Source: Neoconidiobolus thromboides FSU 785
Lineage: Eukaryota; Fungi; Entomophthoromycota
DNA: 64,000 nt
Assembly: GCA_025603075.1 (NCBI GenBank)
Contig: MU626346.1
Span: 1-64,000 of the forward strand
Direction of reading: 5' to 3'
The translations under genes and the position numbers were made by a program. The notes under the pieces were generated by a model. That model searched no databases, was not told the DNA's origin, and saw nothing but the letters and a program-made list of their open reading frames with translations. Each line of letters opens with the position of its first letter. Position 1 is the stretch's first letter. Below are positions 36,401 to 49,000 of the stretch, piece by piece.

Positions 36401-38999
36401 CTAATGAGGAAGAAATAAGTAAGTTTTAAACTATTAATATATTAATAATATGTTTATTAATTTACATTTAGTTACTGAAGAAATTGATATACTCAATAAT
36501 GATAAATTGAAATATAGTTGGTTTACTTGTTTTACTTGTTTAAAGCAAGCTACTTTTTCTTCTTATGACCTTTGTTCTCTGGTAGGAGTTTATTTATTAT
36601 ATATAATTGTGTTCTTAATTAGAATATTTTAGTGTTATCATCATCGATTTGAATTAGTGGAACATGATCATGATAAAGAATCCTTTGTAATCACAGGTAA
36701 AAATCTAAAATTAGTTTAAACTATACATAGTTTACTGGCTATTTGTTATTTTATAGACCAAGATCGAATGCTATTAACATCTACGCGTTCTAAAGTTAGT
36801 TTACCAATTAGAAGTAAATGTTTTATAAGAACCAAATAGATTATTATTAATGTTTTATTTATTTAATAGAGAAAAGAAATGATGAACAAGAGATAAGAAA
36901 TTTAAAAAAGGGCAGAAAAAAATTACAATGTGCTTATTGTTGGTGCGAAAAATCTAAAGTTTGGAGAAAAAGTAATTTAAATAGATTATAGTAATAATAA
37001 ACAATATATTAATACTTTGATAGGCTATTATGGAGTCTTGTTATGCCATCAATGTTTTAGTTCTGGAGAAAAAGGAAAATTAAGAAAAAAAAGACTATCA
37101 AAGAAAAGTAAAGGAAAACAAGATAAAAAGCAATCCAATCAATACAATACAAATACAGAGGAGTATACTCATTTGCCTTATAATACAAGAACAATGTATG
37201 ATCATTATCATTTACCTTTAGATAATAATCAAGCTAAACTATTGGATTCTTATGGACCAAAAGAAAATCAATCATATTCTTTAAATTTGTATTCGACTTA
37301 TTTAGATATACCTGGAAGAGCTCCAAGATGTAAATAATATTATGATTATGTTATACATTTTTATTTGGAAATTAATTGTTTTTCTATTTAGGGGCTTCGC
37401 ATTCTGCTTCAGATTATCATGGTACTTGGTTAGCACAAACAGTACGAAGATCGTTATTAAAATATACTAAACCTGGAGCACTTGTTTTATCTAATTTTTT
37501 AGGTAGAGGCACAGATGCTATTGAATGTTTTTTGAATGGTAGAAAGTAAGAATATATTAGATAAAATAACAGATAAATAACTTTTATTAATACTACATCA
37601 TAATAGATGTATTGGTGTAGATATAAATCCAGTAGCTATAACTTTAAGTCAAAAGAATTGTAGTTTTGCATTACCGCCCAGTTTAAAAATGGATGTTAGT
37701 TTAAGACCATTGATATTACAAGGAGATGCAAGAAATTTAAGTAATTTAAGTAAGATTAATGAATGTAAATTTGATCATATATTATCCCATCCACCTTATA
37801 AAGATTGTGTACAATATTCAACTAATTTAAGTGGAGATTTGTCAAGGATTAGTAACGAGTTGGAATTTCAAAATCAAATGTCATTAGTAGCAAAAGAATC
37901 ATGGAAATTATTAAAAACAAATGGTAGATTAACCTTAGGTATTGGTGATAATCGAAGTAAATGTTTTTATATACCAGTTGGTTATCAAACAATAAGAAGT
38001 TACATGAACATTGGATTTGAGTTAGAAGAATTAATATTAAAAAGACAACGGCAATGTCAAATGTATGGTTTAGGAACTTATCTTTCAGAAAAATTTGATT
38101 TTTTAATCTTAACTCATGAATATATTGCTATATTTAGAAAAAGAAAAAAAGAAGTATCAAAACGAATAGCAGCTATTTTATTATCACCAGAAGATGTATT
38201 ATATGGTAAAGGTATAATTAAAGTAGAATTAATTGCTCACGGAGTACCTAATTATCCAATTAATCGTAAAGAAAACATTATGGGTACAGTATGGCTGTTT
38301 GAAACATCAGAAATTTATTCCTTTGAAAATTTAATACAATCTAGAATGATTGAGAGATTTGCACCAGTAAATAAAAATTGGGAAGAAGCTAAATTAAATT
38401 TTATTTATGAACAAAAATCAGAAATGACATCACCACCCAAAATTAACAATTCTGATAAAAAACAAGAAATTAATGAGTATGAAAGAAAAAGATTAAACCG
38501 AATAAGACAAAATAATCAAATGATGTTAAAATTAGGTTTAAACGTTGATATTAATGATACTACTAATGATGATATTAACCATTATGATTTTATGATGTCT
38601 TTACCACCAAATGAAAAGAATTTATTAGGATTGATTTATATTTCTCATATACCTAACTATTTATTAGCTTCATTTACAATCCCATATTTAAGAAAAACAA
38701 TATTACAAATAATAAGAGAGAATTATGATCGGTTAGATGAAAACGGTTTATTTATTATTGGTATACAAGATTATCGATTACACAAGAAAAATGGGAATCG
38801 ACTAATACCATTAAGTTTATTAGTATTAGAAGATATTATTAGAAATTTTGAATTCAAATTAAAATTAAAAGAATTTATTGTTTGTGTACCAGAAGGTTGG
38901 AAATTATCACCTGATAAATTGGAAAATGGAGATGAAGATTTCAAATCTCATTTACCTATTGTTCATGTGAATTATTATATTCTAGTTAAATCAAAGTAA
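33471..38999 (+). CDS. Multidomain chromatin-reader-fused DNA amino-methyltransferase (probably N6-adenine; MetB-like), ~1,680 aa, nine predicted introns
   Basis: The nine GT-AG introns read by eye keep one frame. Domains: AT-hooks (GRGRPKK, DRGRPRK, KGRPKK), a chromo/Tudor-like barrel, ZZ, extended PHD, a split second ZZ, and a CX2CX17CX2C GATA-type finger. The MTase has YHGTWL..., FLGRGTD..CIGVDINP and SHPPY, followed by a degenerate second MTase copy. The start ATG is tentative. Confidence 0.85.
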
Positions 39000-39105
39000 A
39001 TAAATTGTCATTAAATAAAATAATTTATTAAAATTATTATTATTTATTTCAAATAAAACTCAATTATAATATATATATACAAATGTTCCTTTATTCTATT
39101 TTATT

Positions 39106-40399
39106 TTATTCTTTAATAACTTCAATATACCAATTATCTTTATCATAACCACTGTTGATCATTTGAAGTTTATTATCCGTTGATAAAACTAATTCTTCTA
39201 ATTCACCTTGTTTAAATAAATGATAATATCTTTGATAAACTTTATCTTCATTATCTTGAGTAAATGATTTATTTAATACCCAAGGCACTAAAACATCTTG
39301 AACATTAGGATCAAAATCTCTTCGACTCTAAACAATTTAAATAGAAAATATTAATAGAAAATAAAATAAAATACTAATCATTATAAAATTAAATTATTCT
39401 AATATTAATATTAACCCTTACCTTTTGTTCTAAGGCCCAAACATAAACTAATAATTTACCGCCTGGTTTAATAATCCTTATTAATTCCTATATTATTATG
39501 AAAATTATATTAATTCAAATTATCTATAAATCCTCTTCCATCTCTTTTTTTTACCTGCACTGCTTTTTTCCTACGTTCATTAGTAGTTAAATGATGAATC
39601 ACTGCTACTGAGATACAAAAATCCTAAATTTTAAAAAAGAATCGGATAATTAATATACTTGAGAATGCTAATCAAATAATAATAATGATAGTATAAAAAA
39701 TACAATATATATAATAATGTGAATTCGAACTTACAAATGCATTATCCCTATATGGAAGGGTTAAGTTATCAGCTACTAAAGCTTCAAAGCCTCGTTCAGA
39801 GCAGATTTCAATGAGATTGGAACTCCTAAATAAAATTCAAGTTTAATTAAATATTATTAATTTCTAGAGTTTCTCTATTTTCTATCCTTAATATTTAATC
39901 TTTATCCTAAGCCTTTACTTTTTTTAAAATAAATAGCATTTAAATATTCAATAAAAATTAACTACAACCTACCTATCACTTCCCATAACCATTAATTTTT
40001 TATTCACTCCCATATATTTTCCATTACCACATCCAATATCTGCTCCTATAGAATGTTCTGGTAAAGAATTTAAAAATCTTTCAATAATGGGCCAAGGCTA
40101 TTAATTTATATTAATTAAATCAATCCATTAATTGAACTTAATTTTATTTATTGTTTTATTTATTATTTTTATTATTTCATATTATACGTTATTATATGTC
40201 TTTGTTTTTATTTGTTCTCATCTTTATTTTGTATAACTATTAATTTCCTTACCTTATATCGTGTATTAGAAAAATGAGATGCAATATCATTATATACTTT
40301 ATGAACATATTCTTCTTCCTGTTTTTGCCTTTCTTTGAATTGGTTTTGATCTATACTTTCTTCAAATGGGGTAGGTACTGGTTTATTTGGATGACTCAT
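39106..40399 (-). CDS. TRM9: tRNA methyltransferase TRM9/ALKBH8-MTase-like (spliced)
   Basis: [56 protein letters not shown] and [14 protein letters not shown]. Confidence 0.88.
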
Positions 40400-40650
40400 T
40401 TTACAACAATAAAAAACTAAAATTGAAGGCTTTTAAATTTGAGTGTTTTTTAAATGTTTGGAAATTCAACGAAATTTTAATTCTTGTTAAGGAATACTTA
40501 CTATCTCAAAAATTTACTAATAAACATTTTAAAATAATAGAATTTTATTTATTAAAAATATTTCACCCAAAAATTAGCTCCCCAGAAACAAAAAAATACC
40601 CACACCTATAAAACTCTTCCATGAACTCATACTTGACTAGTGCTTTGAAT

Positions 40651-43600
40651 CTAATTCAAATACCCTCTACACTTTACTGTACCACATAAACATTTAATTT
40701 TATGCTCTTCATCTTCCAGTGGAAACTGATAATCATATGTAATTTCCTCTGCCCTTCTAATATCCGAATTAGCAAAAATAAGGATTCTAAGATTACCATC
40801 AACCATAGTAATTTTAGCTGAACAATTCGGTGTACAAGAATGATTAATAAACCTAGCAATATTACCTTTTGTAGTGGCATCGATAACATACATATCATTA
40901 ACTCGAAAAAGGTAACTAGAATCAATCCCATTTGCTAAATAATGTTTTTCTCGAACATCCGCTAAATGAGATCGTATTAATTCACCTACATATTCAATGA
41001 CTAATTCCCCTTTTTGAATTAATTCAACTGCAAACAAACCCCAATCATGAATACTTGATCGGGCTAATACTATTCGACTAGCTCCATCCTCTAATTGTTG
41101 GGCTAGATTTTGGGCAGTAGAAGAATAGGGAATCCACTTTCCTAAACGATAAGCTTGGCCTCGAATAGCTGCCATCAAACTAAATCGATATTTATATCTT
41201 TTCATGACTTCGGTCACTTTATAATATCCTTGTGTTCTAGCTGATCCTGTGGAATTTTTGGGTAATTCATTAAAATCGGGAAAATTTAATTCATCTTCAT
41301 TATACAAATCAACAAATTCAGAATCTGAAATATCTTCCTCTTCTTCTTTACTTGATTTTCGTTTACTGACTTTATCTGTTAGGTTTTGTTTTGAACTTGG
41401 TTCATTTTTGATATCGTCATTTGGTGATAGTATACTTTCATTATATAAATCCCCTTTTTTATTGTTTTTAATTATTTTCAATATTGATTTATTATCTGAT
41501 TTATCTTCATCATTATTTGTACTTGAAGATAAACCATCATTTATGATTTTATTACCATCTAAGTTACTTTTGATTATTGGAGAATTAAATTGCGATCCTT
41601 TATTATCTTCATTCTCTTTTTTTCTTAAAGAATTACTAATCTTTTTAAATGTTGGTAATCCAGAGGATGGTAATCTTTTATGAAAATTCATTGTTTTCTG
41701 TTCTGTATTTAATTTCGTTTCTGGATTTCGAAATTCATTTAATTTTTGTAATTTTCCAATTAATCGATAGGTAAGAAACCCTTTTGCCAAATCACTTTTG
41801 GAACATCTTTTAGCATTCTTTTTATTCGAAAATATCACTACCCAACATCGATTTTCTTTAGTTACCTATCATAATAAATTAATAATCATAAATAATCATA
41901 TCTATACTGCTTACCTGTGTAGGTGAAAAATCTTTGAAATGCTCCATTAGATCAGCTTCTTTTGCAAGAAACAAAGGTAAAAATTTAGAATCAAAAGCAA
42001 TACAATACTCCACAGGTTCTTTATCCGGCTAATAAATTATAAATTACTTTATTAAAATAAAATAACGCTAAGCTTACTTCTTCTGAATCTTCCGAATCTT
42101 CAACTTTATTCACGGCTTGATTTTTCAAATCCATACAACTACCATTCCTATAACTATCCGCATTTGATTTTTCATTATAGTTGGCTCTTTCAGACCAATA
42201 TTCATTTCTTTTATCATAATCATAATTATCTCTTCTAGAAGAGTTATAAAAATTGGGACGACTACTACGCCAAGGTGAGTTATACCCATCATCATATCTT
42301 CTATTCCTATTATTCCAGCTCTCTTTTGAGTAAGGATAGCCTGGGCTATCCAATCGGTCATCTCTTCTTATATATCTGTTAGAATAACTATCTATATACC
42401 TAGAATTTCGATCACTTTCTCTATCCTTTCTCCAAGGTGAATTTAAATGACTTTTGGATTTAATGTCATTATATTCTTGACTATATCCGGAATACTCTGG
42501 ACTTAATCGATGTTCAAATTTATCTTTTTCATATGTATCTAAATACCTTTTCCTATCATATAGATCATTTTCTTCTAGACTATTTTGTTCATGGTATTTG
42601 GTATCCTCTTCCCTTTTTTGTAAATCATTATAACTGTTCCATGAATTTTTTAATGGTGAGTCTTTGTATGCTTTATAATTTGTATCCTTTTGGTCATATC
42701 CCACTGAATAAGTTGATGTAGTTTCAAAATTTGTTAAAGATTTGGTCATTACAGTTCCATTTTCATAATGTATTTTAAATTCTTTGGACTCGGCAGGTAT
42801 ACTCGATTCATTCGACGTGTCATTTGATCCATTCTTTTTATTATTTGCAAAAGTTTGATAGTCAATATCATTATCTTGGTTATTTTTTAAAATATTCGTG
42901 TCGTTATCTTGTAATTTCATATCATTCGATATTGCGTGACTACTTTGTTCATCTAAGCTTTTACTTTTTTTACTTGGATTAGTTTCTACCTCTTTTTCAA
43001 ATATATCACCTATTTGAGTCACTATTCTTCCTTCAATATTCTGAGCTTCTGGTATAGTTGAATGTTTTTGTTCATTGCTTTCAACACGGGAAGTATTTGT
43101 TATGCTTTCACCCTGGTTATAATTGACTTCACTCTTTTTGTTATATGAACTATGGCTCTTTGCATCTTCGAAAATCTGATGTTTGTTGACATTCATAATA
43201 TGAGCAAAATGAGAGCTCATCTTCTCTCTTTGTATCTCTACTTCATTATTAAATAGTTCGCCTCTAGGGTCCATTCGAACTTTCAACTCGGAATCTTCGA
43301 TAAAAATTGGCCTTTGACAACTAATAGCTAAATTAACAGAATAAGCACTTTCAGGATCCAATAAAGAACCAGTACCATAAACTATCTTAGCAACTCCAAG
43401 ACTTGAATAAGTGAAGTTACATCGCGGCATTTCAATCTTCAATATATTACCAAAGTTTACAAATTTCTTAGCTAATTGTTCTGACGATACAGACAACGGT
43501 ATATTCGTTACTAATATACTACTCGCTTCAAAAGGCCCTATCGTGTTTTGATCTTGCTAACTAAGATTAGTTTGGGTTCTTTTAAATTATGAGTAATAAT

Positions 43601-43973
43601 AGTTTACTTGTAAACAAACTTCAGATAAAAAAGTCAAGTAGCTTTGTTTGTATGCAAAGTTCACTAGCCGTATTGGTCGATTTTTTATTAGTCTTGGGTC
43701 TTCAATGGTTGAATCTATCTTCCAGTCATCTTCAACATCAATTATCTTTTTATGGACAGTAACTTGAGTTACTTGAGTTTCGATTTCTAAATCCGTTGTT
43801 TTCTCTTGATTTAAATCATGTTCTATCTTCCTATCTTTTAAGCTTAGAGGATCTTCTTTTTTCACCGTGGTATCAGTGATCTCTAAGGTTGGTTCACTGG
43901 GTTTTCCAGTTTCATTATTTTTGATTAAAGTTTCATTACTTTCTTCTTCTTTCCTTCGGTTTTCAAGCTCCAT
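40651..43973 (-). CDS. SET1: Histone H3K4 methyltransferase SET1 (RRM, N-SET, SET, post-SET)
   Basis: N-terminal DPR motif and RRM, TGSARTQGY (N-SET), RSSIHDWGLFA, GNIARFINHSCTPNC, EEITYDY and KCLCGTVKCRGYLN. Confidence 0.93.
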
Positions 43974-46014
43974 TTACAATTTTAAAATTTTGTTAGTAAA
44001 ATAAGAAAGGCAATGTCACTCTATTTTTAAGTTGCTTAAAAATGCATTGAAATTTTTAGCAAATATGTAGATGGTAAGCTTGGATTTTGGTCAAACCTTT
44101 TGTAGTTATCAATTACTGAGTCAATAGTATTATAACGTTCTCCTTCACTGTGAAATTTTAAAAATAACATACTTGATAAGGACAAAAAAAAGATATGTTT
44201 TTATAAGCGGTTTAAGCTTTTCAATATAATAATTCACCGGTTTAAAATTTCAAACTCCATAAATCTCTCCTTTATTTTGTAAAAAAAGCATTACAATTTT
44301 TGTAGTTTTAAATGCTATTATCATGATACCATTTATACTATTTGTATAATTTGAAGATAGATAGAAAGTATATTTAAGTAGCAAGGTCTTAATATTAAAG
44401 AACATAAAACATAAAGCATAAAGTATAAAGCATGTTAAAAACTAATATTATAAATAAATAGAACTATAATGATTATGTTAATATTTCGGGGTAAATCTAT
44501 GTTTTATAATGAGAAAGAGGTTATTGTACAATAATTAGTATCGACTATTAATACGCTTGATAATTTCGTAAAAATTACTTTTAAAACCACATTATCTATT
44601 TTTATCACTTATTTTACTAGAGTCTTATATCAATATTATAATTGTTTATCTGTAATTGAAATCGTAAATGAATTTTTTATTAATGAAATTTTAAACTCAG
44701 ATTAGAAATAATCTAAAAGCTTAATTTTAAAACTAATAGACCAATTTTTTATCTATAATTCTGTACAAACTATTATTATCAAAATAAACATTACTACCAT
44801 ACTTGACATATTTAGCATGTTTATATCCAAAAAAGCGCCATCTTCACTATTTAAAATGTAACCTTTTTTCTTTATTAAATTTTAAGTTAATTGTTTGAAT
44901 ATCTGAAGTTTTAAATTTCTTCATTTTCTTTAAAACTAAAAAATCGTATCATTAACAAAACATTACTCAATTTCATTAAATTTAAAACAACAGATTAAAA
45001 ACTCAATAGAATGACACAATAGTTATAGTAGAAACAAGGTGTGTTTGTTGTCATTTGAATGATGGTTAAATGACAAATTACATTTGTATTTAGTTGACTT
45101 CATTTTAATTTGTATTTGATCTCTTTTGAACGAATTTAAGGGTTTTATTTTAGGTCACAGTTCTTAAATTTACTCAAAAGAAATTAAATGCAAATTAAAA
45201 AGAGCGAAAGACGTATAAATTCTAGTTCTTAGTAATATTTGATAACTTTTTTCATAAAAGATAAGATTAAACAAATAATGTTTTGACTATTATTTGGCTG
45301 TGGTAAGGTTTTATAAATTATAAACATGGCGTAGACGGTATAGATGATGATGGCTGTTATGTTTACTATTACTAGCATTTTAGCGTATTAAAATAATAAT
45401 TAACTATTTATGGAATAAAAAATTACAGTTGATACTATATTGTTATTATCATGTTAGATAAAAAAGTATAAAAATATGATCAATTTTAACCTCCTATTTT
45501 ATTACTAAAAAAACCCAGCCAAAAAATAGAACCTTTTATTTTATTATTTCCATAACCCAAACAAGCAAAACTTAAAAAAAAGAGTAAATTCTACTTATTT
45601 GGTTGATCAGGAGCTAATTAACCAATAATAAATCAAAATAAATTAAAAACTAAATTAATTTTGAAACTTTATAATTTACTTTAGTTAATATTTACTTAAT
45701 TTAATTTCATTTTATAAGGTAGGAATAAAGGATACTATTATTTCAGGAGTATATCAATTACAATAAAAACAAAGAAGTTGAATAAAAGTGTTCAATTATT
45801 AGTATTTTGATCATATATAAGATACATTCAAACCCAACATAATATAGTGGAACAAATTAACACGAAAGGATACATAAATACAAAAGAAAAGTCAATAATC
45901 AACGATTAGCTATATCTAAAATAACTCGTTTTAAAGAGTAATTATTAATAAAGTTCCATTTAGCTTTAGGCCATCTAACCAAAAAAATCAAAAAAGGATT
46001 CACCATCAGTTAGA

Positions 46015-49000
46015 ATGAGCTCTAAAGAACCGACCGAAAGTTTACTCGTACGTTTCAAAAGATTATTATTCATCGATGTGTTCCAATTATTAAAAGTATA
46101 TCGTCAACGCAATGACCCAAATCTAGACCTAATCAAGTTAAAAGTACAAGACACCTCGAAGTATAATGGACAAAGGCTTGATAAAGCGTGGCGTGAACAA
46201 TTTGAAAAAAAAGATAAAGTACCTTCATTAAAAAAAGTATTTTATAACGTTTTTGCAAAAGAATATTTATTCTTAGGTATTTGGAAAATATTTTGGATAA
46301 TATTAACTTACCTAGGATGTTATGTTTTACTTAAATTTTTAATCATACGTGTTCAGTTTAATAAGTTAGCTAACGACCCAAATACGGAAGGAAATTCCAA
46401 AGATTATTTTGCTTTTTTTCCATACATTAGTTATGGTGCTGGCCATGCAGTAGCACTTTCACTTTTTGTATCTTGTAGTTTAGCTAGTATTTGTATCCAC
46501 CATTTGAAGTCAGAATGTACAAGGGTAGGGATACAAGTTCGATCAAGTATCATGGTATTGGTTTATCGAAAGTCTTTGAGGATCCATTCAGTTTCTGGTC
46601 AAATCAGTGACATTGTTGAGTTAGTAGGGGATGATTGTAATAGTATTGCAGAAGCGTTTGTTAATTATCATTCCCTTTGGTCATCAGTAGTAGAAATTAT
46701 AATAATAATAGCATTGTCATTTGTAGAATTAGGTTTAGCTGCTTTACCAGTACTTGGCATTTTGGTTATTATATTCCCAGTTCAATATATGTTAGGTCAA
46801 TATGCTGCTAAATTATCACAAAAAAGATCAAAGACTACTTCAGAAAGAGTACATTTGATGTCTGAAGTTTTAACTGCTATTAAATTAGTCAAATTTTACG
46901 CTTGGGAAGCTCACTTTAAAGAGCGTATTTCTAATGTACGCAAACAAGAAATCAGTCAGTTACGTACAGAGTTTTTTATTCGTTCTAGTTTGATGGTCGT
47001 TATGTTTGGTGCACCCGTATTAGCTACTTTAGCTTCATTACAAGTTTATCGTATGCTTTATCCAGATAATTTTATTCAAGCTGAGATGGTGTTTGCTTTG
47101 GTTTCTATTTTCAATACTTTAAGGTAATTTAACTTGTTTTTTTAGAAAAAAAAATAACTTTCTATAGATATCCACTATATTTACTGCCTATTTCAATACA
47201 AACAACAAGAGGTAATCAATAGTTGAAATTCAAGGAATATGACTTAATAATGAATTTAGCTTCTTTGTCCTCTTTCAAAAACTTGGAAAAATATTTAAGT
47301 CGACCTGAAGTACAACCATTAGCATCCACTTTTACAGTGAGAGAAGAAAGCACTGAAGATGATAGTAGTCCATTATTAGAATTGGTTTGTATTATTCATT
47401 TGTAAATTTCGCTTTATTTATATTACTTAGGATAGTGCCTCTTTTTCATGGTCTGTCGATGCCAAACCAGTTTTATCGGATTTATCTTTAAAAATTCATA
47501 AAGGTCAAATTTTTGCCGTTGTTGGTGATGTAGGAGCTGGAAGTAAACTTAGATTTATTATTATGAATGCTTGTATTTAACCCTTTTTACTAGAATCATC
47601 AATCCTAAGTGCACTTATGGTAATTTATAAAATTAAGTATAAGCACAATAGACTAATATATGATTTTAGGGCCAAATGGTATTAAAAGGAGGTGATGTAT
47701 ATTTAAAACCAGATGTACGTATGGGATATTGTCCATCTGAGCCATGGATTTTAAGTGCAGGTTTAAGAGATAATGTAGTTTTTGGTTCCAAATTCGACTC
47801 AGATAAGTATCGTAAAATTGTAAAAGCTTGTGCTTTAAATCGAGATTTCAAAGCTTTAACCAATGGCGACAGAACAGAAATTGGAGAAAGAGGATATAAC
47901 CTTACATTAGGACAAAGGCATAGAGTTAGTATGGCAAGAGCCGTTTATAATGATTCGGATATTATATTAATGGATGATCCACTTAGTCCTATGGATCCTA
48001 GAGTTGCTAAACATATTTTCAAGGAGTGTATACAAGGATTATTAAAAGATAAAGCAGTTATTTTTGTAACAAATCAACTTCACTTTTTGCCCTATTGTCA
48101 TCATATCTTTGTAATGAGATCTGGTAAATGTACTGAACAAGGTAAATATGAAGAGCTTATGGCATCAGATATCGATTTTGCAGCTTTGGTTGGAGAAAGT
48201 ATTGAAATTGAAGATCCAAATGGTATTGATGATGTACTTGGGGATGATTTTTTACTTTCAGATTTACCTAATAATGAAAATCAAAGAAATTCACCTGAAG
48301 TATTAAGCTCAAGCAATGATAATGGTAATGGTTATACCAACAAGCCTTTAATTAAAATAGTGGAAAATAGTGGAAGAGCAGTCAATCATAATTTTATGCC
48401 AAAAGCTGAAAACTCAAAAAAAGAGGATCAAGTTGAAGAAAATGATAATGAAACAAAGGAGGGAAATGAAAAAACATTTATGCCTTCAGTTAGTTTTTCA
48501 CGTACTAATACAATTGAAAAAGGCAACCCGCTTGCTACACAAGCTGAACTTAATGAAATTACAGTATCTCGGATGTTGGAGCGTGCAGATATGAGTGGAC
48601 ATAATGAAATTGTTAGTAAAATCATCGACAAAACACAAATGTCAGTGATTGGAGGTGCTGGTTTAGCTATCAATACATCAACAGTACAAACAGAAAATAA
48701 TGCTTTAGCGAGAGCTATGGAAAGAAATCAACTTACTATACATTCTTTACATTATCAAGATAATCCAGATGAAGATGATTATTTAGATGAAGAAGAAAGA
48801 GTTAAAGCAAGAAGGAAATTAAGAAGGAAGCTTTATTTAAAATATTTTAAAGAAGGCTATGGATTGACTTTAACTTTGATAACAGTTATATTCTCTCTTT
48901 TCGTACATGCTATAAGAATATACAATGACTATTGGTTAACGGTTACAATAGATTCAAATAAGCCATTTAGTGAACTTGGACATGACTTAGATGTCTATTC

